Below are positions 1-12,930 of a stretch of DNA of 64,000 nucleotides, in pieces. The position numbers and the translations under genes are program-made. Within the stretch, counting starts at the first letter, position 1. Each line of letters begins with the position of its first letter. The stretch comes from Eimeria praecox. Lineage: Eukaryota. The notes under the pieces were generated by a model. It saw nothing but the letters and a program-made list of their open reading frames with translations. It had not been told where the DNA came from and ran no database searches. The stretch lies in NCBI GenBank assembly GCA_963920595.1, contig OY986946.1:5580001-5644000 (forward strand), written 5' to 3'.

Positions 1-396
1 ATTTATATTTATATTACTATTTATATTTATATTTATATTTATATTTATATTTATATTTATATTTATATTTATATTTATATTTATATTTATATTTATATTT
101 ATATTTATGTTTATATTTATATTTATATTTATATTTATATTCATATTTATATTTATATTTATGTTTATATTTATATTTATATTTATATTTATATTTATAT
201 TTATATTTATATTTATATTTATACTTATATTTATATTTATATTTATATTACTATTTATATTTATATTTATATTTATATTTATATTTATATTTATATTTAT
301 ATTTATATTTATATTTATATTTATATTTATATTTATATTTATATTTATATTTATATTTATATTTATATTTATATTTATATTTATATTTATATTTAT
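1..396. repeat. (ATTTAT)n hexamer microsatellite, intronic in the VHS-domain gene
   Basis: Near-perfect ATTTAT tandem read directly; it produces the spurious FIFIFI ORF. Confidence 0.95.
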
Positions 397-460
397 TTAA
401 ATATCAAACAAAGAAAAAAAAGGAGACAAAATCAACAAAACAACAAAACACGGAGACACA

Positions 461-530
<70 letters not shown>

Positions 531-554
531 AAAATAATATAATGTGTTTAAAGA

Positions 555-1365
555 GAGAGAGAGACAGAAGGAGACAAAGAATGAGACAAAGAATAGCAGA
601 GACAGAAGAAGACAAAAGGAGACAGACAGAGAGACAGCATATACACCTGAGGAGACAGACAAAGAGAGAGCATATACACCTGAGGAGACAGACAAAGAGA
701 GAGCATATACACCTGAGGAGACAGACAGAAATAGAATACAGGAGACACTAAAAAAAACAGAAAAAGACAGAACAATAAAGATAAACAATAAACGAAAGAG
801 ACAGATAAACATAAACAGAAGGAGACAGATAAATAAAGATAAACAGGAGACAGATGAAGATAAACAAATAGGAGGAGACAGATAAAGATAAACAAAAGGA
901 GACAGATAAAGATAAACAGAAGGAGACAGATAAATATAAACAAAAGGAGACAGATAAATATAAATAAACAGAAGGAGACAGATAAAGATAAACAAAAGGA
1001 GACAGATGAAGATAAACAAATAGGAGGAGACAGATAAAGATAAACAGAAGGAGACAGATAAATATAAACAAAAGGAGACATATAAATATAAACAAAAGGA
1101 GACAGACAAATATAAACAGAAGGAGACAGACAAATAAAGATAAACAGAAGGAGACAGATAAAGATAAACAGAAGGAGACAGATAAATAAAGATAAACAGA
1201 AGGAGACAGATAAATATAAACAGAAGGAGACAGACAAATAAAGATAAACAGAAGGAGACAGATAAAGATAAACAAATAGGAGGAGACAGAGAAAGACAAA
1301 CAGAAGGAGACAGATAAACATAAACAAACAGAAGGAGACACATAAAAAATAAACAAACAGAAGGA
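555..1365. repeat. Degenerate minisatellite with an AGGAGACAG core (~23-bp units such as AGAAGGAGACAGATAAAGATAAAC), including three ~36-bp units carrying CATATACACCTGAGGAGACAG
   Basis: Tandem units visible directly; lies in the intron downstream of the VHS exon at 1379-1486. Confidence 0.85.
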
Positions 1366-1378
1366 GAGAGCCCCTCAC

Positions 1379-1504
1379 CATTTGTTCTACAGCAATTGTC
1401 TCTTGTTTCGTGGATTCTAAAGAAGGGCGAGAAGAACGAGAGGAGACAGAAGGAGGAGGAGGAGCTACGTCGAAGGCGGGAGACTCCTGAAGAGACACAA
1501 GGAG

Positions 1505-1541
<37 letters not shown>

Positions 1542-1542
1542 C

Positions 1543-1576
<34 letters not shown>

Positions 1577-3237
1577 GCAAGAGAAATAAAGCCGATACAT
1601 GTGCGACACAAACCAGACAAAACAGATGAAACTAGGGTTTAGGGTTTAGGGTTTAGGGTTTAGGGTTTAGGGTTTAGGGTTTAGGGTTTACCTCGGCATT
1701 CTTCACTAAGTATTTCTGCGATCGATCGACTTGAGGAAATTCCACCCCTGAAAATACACAAACCCTAAACCCTAAACCCTAAACCCTAAACCCTAAACCC
1801 TAAACCCTAAACCCTAAACCCTAGAAGCCGCTTAGTTTACCCTTGCTTCTGAGCTTTCGGTACATGGAGAAGATGGCGGGGCATCTGTCCTGCTGCAGGA
1901 CGAAGGAGTCTGCAACGAACACAATCCAAACCCTAAACCCTAAACCCTAAACCCTAAACCCTAAACCCTAAACCCTAAACCCTAGACCCTAAACCCTAAA
2001 CCCTAAGCACGAAGAGGCGTGCAGCCCTCACCATGCCAGAGCTGGAACATGAACAAGACCTTCCGCTTTAATTTCTGCACACAGGCAAACAAAACCCTAA
2101 ACCCTAAACCCTAAACCCTAGACCCTAAACCCTAAACCCTAGACCCTAAACCCTCATGTATGCTAGCGTCCTGGCTTACGTGTATCCTCGGGTCTGTTGC
2201 GACGCCAGGATGTACAAAGGGCCTGCACATACACCTCACCTGTCAAACCCCTAAACCCTAAACCCTAAACCCTAAACCCTAAACCCTAAACCCTAAACCC
2301 TAAACCCTAGGCCGCAGGGTTCTGCTGCTATATCACTCACCCTCCTATGATTTTGTTTATTTTTTCTTTAACATCTTTCGTTAATGAACGTTTAAACGTT
2401 GTCTGCAAAGCCGCAAAGAAAACGAGGGTTTAGGGTTTAGGGTTTAGGGTTTAGGGCTATCCACCAGGTAGAGATGCTGTCCTCTAGGGTTTAGGGTTTA
2501 GGGTTTAGGGTTTAGGGTTTCTATACGAGCTTCAGTATCTTCGCCATCGAACGTAAGAAGTATTCGTCAATGTGACGAGCAAAATCTATGCCGTTGTTCT
2601 TTACACATATCTCCACTAGCTGCAGCAAACCCTAAACCCTAAACCCTAAACCCTAAACCCTAAACCCTAAACCCTAAACCCTAAACCCTAAACCCTAAAC
2701 CCTAGGCCCTTGTACTGAGTAAAAGAGAGAGGAGCTGGCTCTGTGGTTTTGCCCCCCCCCAAATCCCCAAATCCCGCCTCAAGACCCTCCAACACCCTAA
2801 ACCCTAAACCCTAAACCCTAAACCCAAGACCTCTAAACCCTGATCGTCAAGGCTCTTGAACCCTAAACCCTCCCCCCTCCCCCCTAAACCCTAAGCCCTA
2901 AACCCTAAACCCTCCCCCCTAAACCCTAAACCCTCCTTCCTCCCCCCTAAACCCTAAACCCTCCTTCCTCCCCCCTCCCCCTTAAACCCTAAACCCTAAA
3001 CCCTAGAGAACAGTGTCTTACATCTAGAGCTCTATATATTCCCTCCGGGTCTGTCCCCTGTCGAATCTTTGCTGCTGCTTCCTGAAGAAGATAGCTGCAA
3101 TTGCTGCGGCTAGCATTGCATGCATCAACACAAATCATAGCTAAAGATATATTTAAATCTAAAGGGCCCCCATGATATTCTAAACATGAACTCAGAGCCT
3201 CCTCGAAGGTAGGAGTGCCTCCGAGAGGTTGCACCAT
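1379..3237 (-). CDS. VHS-domain protein (TOM1/GGA/Hrs/STAM-type N-terminus); 3' end lies outside the window
   Basis: Phase-consistent GT-AG exons 3237-3022, 2619-2527, 2402-2341, 2222-2180, 2074-2032, 1909-1841, 1747-1692 and 1486-1379. They splice to ...ISLAMICVDACNAS...RALDLVEICVKNNGIDFARHIDEYFLRSMAKILK...KLKRKVLFMFQLWHDSF...MYRKLRSKGVEFP..., matching the VHS hallmarks ALxLLExCVKNCG, KILxLIQxWADAF and YxxLxxKGVEFP. Confidence 0.85.
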
Positions 3238-3294
3238 CCTAAACCCTAAACCCTAAACCCTTAACCCTAATTTGAAACCCCTTCTATACATATA

Positions 3295-3360
<66 letters not shown>

Positions 3361-4920
3361 CAACAACCTCCCCACCACACCTCCAACACTGCAAGTGATA
3401 CAGAAACAATGCTTTCCTCAGGACCCTAAACCCTAAACCCTAAACCCTAAACCCTAAACCCTAAACCCTAGGAAGAAGGGCGACAAAGACCACCGCCAGC
3501 TGAGCTCATATGAAGAGCAACAGCAGCCCTTAGGAGGGCCCCCAAGGAGTGTGGGGAGCTGCAGATACACCCCAAACCCCCTCCAAACCCTAGAAGAGAT
3601 TGTAGAATGCTGAAAGTGTTAGTTTGAGATTGAGAGAAGAGGCGAGAGAGGAAGACACGTACACGAGAAGGCTTCCCAGTAAATACGAGATAAATTAAAT
3701 AAAGAAGAATAATAATAAGAAGACATAATAATAAAATAAAAGATGAAAATAACACAAACTAGCGTTGCAGCCCCTCTATCTACTGCAGACCGTCATTATA
3801 TAAACAACAGTGCAGCAGCCACACAAGACGGGGCCCTAAATCTAAACAATAATTCGTCACAGATTCTATAAAATAAAATATATTCTAAAATATATTTATT
3901 TTATAGCTTCTTTTCTATTTATGATGATGTCACCAACGTAGGCAGAGAGAGCTTTGCTCTTATGCTCGCCCACGTATATAATATTGCAGTTGTCGGTACA
4001 CCGCAACCCCATAGGTAGAAGTATAAAACAAAAAAGAGTAGAAAATGTTGTATATTTTTATTTTTTATACATTTATCTAAATAGATATTTAAATAAGCTT
4101 TCGAATGATATATTAATTACTTAATTTTATTATAATATTTATATTTTTAAAATACATTTATATTATCTGCAATTCATCCAACGACGTAGCCGCGCGCAGG
4201 CTGTTGTTGTCAAGGTTTATGGGTGTTTTGAGATTTGTTCTTTATTTGCAACTATCTATCCTTCGTGTATATAAATAAATACTATTTTGTTTTTTATATC
4301 TTTTCATATGATTATTATGGGGAAGAAAGTAAAGAAAGACGATGAAGCCTACAAAACCCTAAACCCTAAACCCTAAACCCTAAACCCTAAACCCTAAGAC
4401 CGCTGGCCTCGGGCAGCTCGCCACACATCGAGCGGCTTCCTTGTCGGGTGTGTCGTCCGTCTAATTTAGATTGTCTGTTGTTTGTTGTTTATTTTTTAAT
4501 TTGATTTCCTTTTAAGGGGAATATAAACTTAAGGTTTTAAGTGTATATACACCTCAGGTGCTGCTGCTTCTACAACAACAAGCCGAGCCGGCGCAGCAGG
4601 GAGCCGCAGATTCATTCTCATTGGAGCGGCTGTTGCTTCGTTCAATTTTATTAATTTGTCTTCTTTTTTGTTTTTATAGAGTAGTTTAATATTATTGTTG
4701 TGGTGTATAGACTAGAGATTGCTCCCATAGCAGGGTGTCGTGCTGTTGCAGGAGCATCCCGACGGCGCCGCCAGCAGCAGCAGCAGCAGCAGCAGGAGCA
4801 GCAGCAGGAGCAGCAGCAACAGCAGCAGCAGCAACAGCAGCAACAGCAGCAGCAGCAGGAGCGACGCCAGCAGCAGCAGCATCAACACCAACAGCAGCAA
4901 CAGAAGCAGCAGCAGAGAGT

Positions 4921-7200
4921 ATGGGGCGGCTGCTGCGGGGGTCTGTTCGTTCTCCCTCGGCTTCTAAGCGAGAGGAAGTATTGTTTACTGAAGATGGTTG
5001 GGCTCGGGCTGCTAGCAGCGGGGGATACGGCTATGCTGCTGGTGTTACAGGGGGTGCTGCAGCAGCAGACTATGCAGCAGCAGCAGCAGCAGCAGCAGCG
5101 GGTTTAGAAGATGAAGAAGAAGGGTTTTTCTCTGAGGGGGAATATGCAGAGAAGGAGACAGAAGGAGAGAGAGTTCAAGTAGGAGATGAAGAGTATGGAG
5201 ACGAAGAAGCCGTAAAAGAATGGGGTGTTGATGGTGCTGAGGTGTATGGGGAGGTGTATAGACAGGGAGACGATGCAGCAGCAGCAGCAGAAGAAGAAGA
5301 AGAAGCAGAAGAAGAAGAAGAAAGCCCTCTCTATGGTGAAGAGTATCAAGAAGAGGAAGAAGAAGAAGTAGAAGAAGAAGGAGAAGAAGATGGGGAGGGG
5401 TTAGGTTATGCTGCTGCAGCAGAAGAAGATTATGAATACGAAGACGATCCTGCTGCTGCTGCTGCTGCTGCAGAGGCTATAGAAGAGGAAGATACTGGTG
5501 CTGCTGCAGCAGAAGCAGAAGCAGGAGCAGAAGCAGAAGAATATACGGATTCAAATGCTTTAGCTCCCTATACACTTGAAGAGATAGGACGTAGAGTAAA
5601 GGTACAACACGTTGAAGGGAAAGGGAGGTGTCTATACACCCGAAAATCTCTCTCTCCAGGGGATATTATATTTATTGAACGCCCTGTTCTTGTGGCTGTC
5701 CCCTCGTTAAACCCTTACTTGTGGCGTTTGTTAGAGGATATAAATAAAGAAGAATCTCTCTCTCTTCCTCCTATATGGCATCTAGCAGCATTGTGTTCTT
5801 TATTATTATTAGATGAAGATAAATTAAATATATGTTTAGATAAGTGGGTTCCTGATCCTGATGCTGAGCCAGGAGAAGATGTTATACGTGTCTGTGAAGC
5901 CCTGCAGCAGCTGCAGCAGCAGCTGCTGCAGCAGCAGCAACAGCAGCAAGAAGAATTGGACGAACAGCAACAATGTCTCCTACAACATATAGATGAGGGT
6001 CTCTATCAGAGGTTACTACAAGTATGGAGATATAATAGCTTCGGCCATCATTCAGAAAGTGAGGGACTCGTATTATATAATAAAATATCAATGATAGCAC
6101 ATAGTTGTGAGGCATCAGCTTGTTGGTTTTATGGAGAGGAAGATAAATTTATATTAAAAGCAAGAAAGAAATTAAATAAAGGAGATGAAATTACAATTAG
6201 TTATATTGGTGATGATGATTTACTTAAAAGTACAAATATTAGAAGAGAAAAACTATCAGGATGGTTGTTTACATGTTCTTGTACGAGGTGTACATACACC
6301 CCAGATCCTGCAAGAGGTTTCCGCTGTCCGACCTGTGGTACAGGCACAATGATATTTAAAACAGAACAGGAGGTAGGGTGGATGCAAGAACTATCTCTAA
6401 TACATTCAAATAGATACTTATAGGGTTTACGGGGGAGGGCGGGGAGAGGGTTTAGGGTTTAGGGTTTAGGGTTTAGGGGGGGAGGGTTTAGGATCGAGTG
6501 GGGGTTACGGAATCAGCGAGGAGGAGGGGTTTCTAGAGAGTGGTTTTAGGGTTTAGGGTTTACGAGGGTTTGTGAATGCGGGGTGATGTTGTGAAAGGTT
6601 CTTGGTTGGGTTTTAAAAATTAGGATTTAGGGTTTAGGGTTTAGGGTTTAGGGTTTATGTGTGACGTCAGGTGACAACAGCAAGCCCTTGCAGTGTCTGC
6701 GGGACAGTAGCTGATGATGAGACGATAGAAAGATATTTAACGTTTGAAGTTGCCTACGCTGAACGGCTTGATGAGACAAACAAAGAAGATATGGAGGATG
6801 CTGAGATGGTTTATGAACAGGCTTCGAGGGTCTTCACCAAACACTGGATCCTCTTCCAGGCAAGTTCATATAGGGTTTAGGGTTTAGGGTTTAGGGTTTA
6901 GGGTTTAGGGTTTACAATCTAGGGTTTAGGGGATAGGGGATAGGGTTCAGGATCTAGGGTTTAGGGCTTATGGTTTACGGTTTAGGGTTTAGGATCTAGG
7001 GTTTAGTATCTAGGGTTTAGTATCTAGGGTTTAGTATCTAGGGTTTAGGGTTTAGGGTTTAGGTGTGTGTTGACTTGTGTGGGGTTTCAGCTAGACACGA
7101 TCTTGTTTGAAGGGTATAGAGCAGCAGGAGACTATGAGTCGGCGTACGTACACCAAATGCATCGTCTCGAATATGTTACGGGGGTGAGGCCTCTTTCTGC

Positions 7201-7253
<53 letters not shown>

Positions 7254-7796
7254 AGCAGCAGCAGCAGTCTGAACAGAGTGTACTGTGAGAAGCTGCTTCC
7301 CCTACATGCTTTGCAGGGCGAATCTGCGGCATCTTTGTTTGTTTTTTTCTCTGCCTATAGAATACATATATCTATACCCATATATATTTATGTGTATATA
7401 TATATATATATGCATTTATATATGTTTATATATTTAAATATAAATATATTTATATGTGTATATATGTATATATGTATATATGTATATATGTATATATGTA
7501 TATATGTATATATGTATATATGTATATATGTATATATTTAATGTAACATTTGTATCCAGGTTCTCCCTCTTCCTTCTTATTCGTTGGCTTGGTTATACGA
7601 GGAGATGGGAGATGTGTTATGGTCTCGAATTCAAAGTAAAGGAAAACCATATATGGAGAGTCGTCTTCGTCTGGCAGCTCGACACTTTGAAGACGCATAT
7701 AATCTACTGTATATACTATGCGGGCCAGATCATGAATACACCGCAGCAGCAGCAACAAAACGAAATGAAATTGATGAACTTGTCACACAAGTTTAA
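4921..7796 (+). CDS. AKMT: Apical complex lysine methyltransferase (SMYD-like SET, post-SET Cys cluster, TPR-like C-terminus, acidic N-terminus)
   Basis: Exons 4921-6372, 6671-6859, 7091-7183 and 7560-7796. Motifs: [45 protein letters not shown]...CSVCG and [15 protein letters not shown]. The sequence closely matches Toxoplasma AKMT as I recall it. Start ATG at 4921 is inferred. Confidence 0.88.
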
Positions 7797-9121
7797 GATA
7801 AAAATATTTAAATTCATTTAGATATTGAGGAGGCAGTTGCTACTGCTGCTGCTGCTACTGCTGCTGCTGCTGCTGCAACAGCTGTTGCTGCACAGAGGAT
7901 GGAAATCAAAGGATTTCTCGGCTGTAGGCATGAATACGAATTCGATGATATATATATATATATAGATGTATAGATGTATAGATGTATATATACCTATACA
8001 TATTGTGTCTAGACTAAGGTTAAAATATTATCTAGAATCTATTTATATATATCTATTTCTATTTCTATTTGTATTTATATTTATTTATATAGATAGCTGA
8101 CTGTCAAACCCAACGAATGCGTTTATCATGGCTCGTATTTGCTAGACATGACAGACTTCTCGCTATGGTGGAGGCAGTGTACCTTCTCTCGGTTTCTGCT
8201 GTCTGTACAGTACAGTCCATTTGCATTAGCTTTGTTGATGACTGTGCTCGCTGCAGTGTATTTATATTCTCTCTTAGATCATTTATTATACCCTTTGTGT
8301 GTTCTTGGGGATACACTGCGGTGTATATACAGCTCATAAGAACATATTGTTGTTGGCTGCGCTGTGCTGTATGAACAGCAGCTGTTTTTCGATCCGAGAG
8401 AGGCCTCAGCTGGTGAGTTGAGGTTTAGAGAACTTGGATGTCTTTTGCTCTTCTTTGATTATAAATAGGCTTGTAGTTTGTTTCTTTAGAGGGGCGTGAG
8501 GTCATCGTTGCCTAGCCAAGTTAGTGTCTGTACACCCGAAGCCTGCATGGCTTCTAGTCTGCATATTGCAGCAGCAGCAGCAGCTTCGGTGCGGCTGTCA
8601 TTTCTGCTTTTTCAACAAAATTAAAACATGGCTGTCAAACTGTTGCTGCATCTGCCTCTGTTGCTGTCACCATCGAGCAGCAGCACGTGAGGGGAGAGGA
8701 GGGGAGGGGAGGGGAGGGGGGAGTTGAAGTAGAGTGGTGTGGTCTCTGTCGATTTTTCTTCTGTATGTATTGTATTGAAGAACATAGTAATAGCGTTGCC
8801 TTAGTATTAAGATTAACAAGTCTTGTAGAATAGAGAGTAGAGAGTGCTAGAGGGTATATATATGTTCACGAGTTAATACACCTCATAGAAGAAGGATTCG
8901 CCGCTGGTGCTGCTGCTTCTACTGTAAGCAGCAACACCGTCAGCAACTGCTGCTGCGACTGGCCTTGTTGCTGCTGCTGCTGCTGCCCTTTCGATGAGAT
9001 GAGCGTTGAATGAGAAACAGCAGCAGCAACTGCGACTGCTGCTGTTCGTGCTGCAGCTGTAGATGCTGCAGCTGTGGCTGCTGCAGCTGTGGCTGCTGCA
9101 GCTGTTGTTTTGTTTGTGAGA

Positions 9122-12034
9122 TTATGTTGCTCCCCTTCGGCCTCTCTTCCTCCAGGGTATCGCCTCCTGTCTGTGAGTAGGGATTTCTTTAATTTTTTCG
9201 TCTCGCGCTTCCTGCTGCAGTCTCTGCATTTCTAGTTGCATCTGCTGCAGGTGATATTGATAGTCCATGAGCTGCTGCTGCTGTTCGGTGATGGTGGTTG
9301 ATTGCTGCTGTCCTTCAGCTATTTCTGTTTCTGTGAATTTGGGTTTGCCTCTGCTCTTCTTGTCTGGCATTGCTGTTCGGTTCTTCGTCTGAATAGTGAT
9401 GAAGATAGACAGATAGATAGAGAGATAGAGAGATAGAGAGAGAGAGAGTATATGTGTGAATATGTATATGTGCAGCAAATATATATAAGCTGTGCATGCG
9501 CACGTACTGTTTGTATTGTTTTGGCTTTAGGTTTCTTCGCTTTTGCTGTCGCTGCTTTCATGTTTGTCTTTTGTGGTTTTGTACGTCCTTTTGAGCTTGT
9601 TTTCTTTCTTCTATTTTCTGTGTTTTCTAGATTTTCTATTTCTTCTTCTTGCATATTTCTTTTGCTGCTGCTTCTCTCTTCCTGTTCTTCTTGGCTTCGC
9701 ATCCGAGCGAGTTTAACTTCAAGTCTCTTCAGCTTATCGAGATAAACAGTTATCTTCTCATCGGCTAGCTGTACGTCGTGCTTCAGAAACAACACATCCG
9801 CCTGAGACTGTACAAGAGAACGTCAATACACTACACCACAGACTACAGTTAAACAAACTCTCACTGCTGTTCCCTCAATGGCGTTAGACGCTACTTGCCG
9901 CAGCTCCTGCTGCACCCGCCGTCGCTCTGCTTTGCTCTGCAGATGTAAATAGATTGAGATAAGACATTGTAGAAACAAACAAAGAAAGAAACAAGGAAAT
10001 ATATAATTTAATGAATAGATAAATAAACGAACAAATAAATAAATAATTAAATAAACCGTCAAAACAAAAAACAAACATACTAACAGATACAACAAGGTAA
10101 TAGTAGAAGAAGAATTGCCTACAAACAAGCGGCGGCTGCTTGAGCTTCTGCTTTTACTAACAAGTTCACACATGCAAATATACATATATATCCCTATATA
10201 TATTTGTATGCATATATATAAAACATATGGATCTCGACAATTAATTTTTAAAATTGAAGATAAAGACGAACATTCATCATCGTACGCATACAAGAAAGAC
10301 AATCGAGAATGTGCATGCGAGTTGTATGCGTGTATTTAGCATATATATAATATAAAACCGGGATTATGTATGCAAATTGAAGCAAATATCTATACAACTA
10401 CGAAAGGAAAGAAGAAAAAAGACAGAAATTGCAGGGCTGACTTGCCTCCCCCCCCCCCCCCCCCCCCCTCCCTCCACCCTCTCAACTATTTAAAAACAAA
10501 CATTACTTCATGCTTAAGTTCTTACTTTAGACAATTCTTCTTGAGTTTGTGTAATTTCTCTCTCCAACTCCGAAATCGTTTTTCCTTTTATCGTCGCCAT
10601 TTCCGTTAATTCTGCACTTCGGGCTTGACGCATTTCGGGGGAATTCAACTTTCCTAGACAAGCTGTTGCTCGTGCAAACTCCATCTTCTCGCTGATGAGG
10701 AAACCAAGAAGAATTAAACGTCAAATTAAAATAATATGTATAAAAAATAAATATAATCGAATTCAAATTAACAAATATTTATATCATACATCAAAAAAAA
10801 TAAAAACAAAAAAACACATTTTCAAGCAATCTGAAAAATTGCACATACGTTGGAGTAGGCTCAGACGGCAGCAAGATGATGACAGGAGCCGTATAAAGGT
10901 TTTCTTCTGCTGCAACAGAAGATAAAAGAATAGAAATATATGTATTAAATAAAAGATAGATATATATGTATATATATGAAGGAGAGGGAAGCCTACCGGC
11001 TGCCGCTGCTGTGATTTCTGTTCCCTGTGTTTAACAAACAACATCATTCAATTCGTAATTTCTTTTATACTTTTCTTCTTCGCGTTTTTGCTACGTACAG
11101 TTTGTTCTTCAGGAGGAGGAGGCGGCTGGACGACTGTGGCGGAGTAGTCGATTCCCTACAGAGTCGTCAGAATATAAACAACAATAGAAAAGCCATTCAT
11201 TGTATTGCATTTAAATGAAGAAAAAACAAAAAAATAGAAAGAAAATATACACACAAATTCAAACAACTCTCACCTTTCGAACGTGAGATTGTGTGGTTGC
11301 TGAGAGCATCTGCGCCGAAAAGGAGAAAAATCAGGTTATCCTTTTTATGTAGAAACAAAATATGAGATAGATTACATCGACAGCTTCCTTCAATTTGTTG
11401 CCGAGCTTCGTTGCTATAAAAACAGTTTGTTTTGAAGTTGAAGATCTCAGATATAAATAATTGATTTTATTAAACAATTACTGTTCTCTACTTCTTCATC
11501 CACCGCAGCCTGGGCAGCTTCCTGAGGACTTCAAATGCCAGAAACGTCTCCTTAAATGTTTAAACCCTTCAGAAACACTTACGACAGCATCAAGATCTAC
11601 AGGTGGCGGAGCCGCCTCAGCTGCTGGGGCCCCAGCTGCAGTTGCACCGGCCTGGGGGGCCCCTGCAGCTCCAACACCAGGCATGGCTGCCATTCCAGCA
11701 GGAAATCCTGGAGGGGCCCCTAATGCGGGATTTCCGGCTAAGGTTCCCAGGGCGCCAGCCAACGCCCCCCTTGCAATATTGCCGATAATGCTTTCTGAAC
11801 AGATCCATGGATGAAAAAATGCGTAAAATACAGGAAAACTACGTTAAAAGAAGAAAGTTTTTCTATTGTACCATTTACTTGCACGAAATGCTGGGGGTGA
11901 AGCCTCCCTTCCGCCCGTTGGGAAACTTCATGTTTCTCATGGTGTTCGGCGCTGGAAAGCGAAAATAGAAAGACGAATACAGCAAAAACAGCAAACTGTG
12001 CCCTTATTGAGCAGCAAAAGGGGAATAAAACCAT
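9122..12034 (-). CDS. Putative secreted coiled-coil protein of unknown function, about 12 exons
   Basis: Signal-peptide-like N-terminus MVLFPFCCSIRAQFAVFAVFVFLFSLSSA. Phase-consistent exons at about 12034-11871, 11794-11582, 11521-11482, 11413-11376, 11309-11274, 11155-11099, 11024-10997, 10909-10849, 10691-10526, 9936-9865, 9807-9508 and 9388-9122. These give a G/A/P-rich segment, then heptad-rich ...ISELEREITQTQEELSKSKAERRRVQQELRQ...LDKLKRLEVKLARMR. Some small-exon boundaries are uncertain. Confidence 0.65.
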
Positions 12035-12930
12035 GATGAAAGGATTTTCTCTCTTTGGTGGTGTTTTTGCTGTTGTTCTGCACAACTTGCACGGGCAATG
12101 AGCAGCTCTGAGTTTCAGGTGTACGAACGACACCTGGCGTGCACGTGAAAGCAGGAAGAAAAATGCAACTAATATCTTTAAACATTTTTGTTTAATCCAT
12201 GGAAAAATTGTACGGGAAATTAAAAGGGAACATTTCTTTTTACGTATTCGCTTCATATTGTTCTTATTAGTGACCCGGAGGGAGAGTGATAAGGGTTTCC
12301 TTTTTTAGCGTTCTGTTGTCATGATGCATGAAATGCAACGTTTTCATGATGTGTTTATATTATAAAGTTAGTATAATCATTATTTCTTTATTTTTTATTT
12401 GAAATGAGTGTTTTTGTTCGATGGCTTTCCATGGGTTGTCCATTGGTTGCACTCCGGTGCGAAGATGAACGGAGTTTCGGCCTCTTTAGAGGCGCTGTAG
12501 AGAGGTGAAACCAGGTAAAATAAACCGTAAATATATTTATTTTCCCAATTATTAATGAAGACATAAACAAACAAAGTGGCTGCGAGTCCGACGCCAGTTG
12601 TTCCTGCTGCTCCACCACCGAGCAGCACCGCCGCGCGTGGGTTGGTGGTGGATGATGTGCTGTTCGGTTGTTTTGTTGCGGCATTACCAGCACAAATATT
12701 TCTTTTTTACTCGTAGCGCTCGATTTTAGGTGACAAATTCTTTTTTTCTTAGATTTTCTTTGTATATCTGAAATAACTGTGGGATTAACCTACACCTGCC
12801 ACCATTCCACACCTACACCGCGCGCGACACCGCGAAGCGGCTTTGGCAACAAACAGCAGGAACTATCGCTTGTATTTCTTTGCCTTCTGTCTTCCTTTTT
12901 CTTTCTATCAGACAAGTGAAGAGGATCACT

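Noticed and set aside
107..1609. Long ORFs such as 107-400, 432-1580, 548-1609 and 748-1356
   Set aside because: Translations of ATTTAT and AGGAGACAG satellites; only 1379-1486 is a real exon.
1634..3470. Dense telomeric repeats near the window start suggesting a chromosome end
   Set aside because: Arrays are short, in both orientations, and lie in introns of a coherent gene, so they are interstitial.
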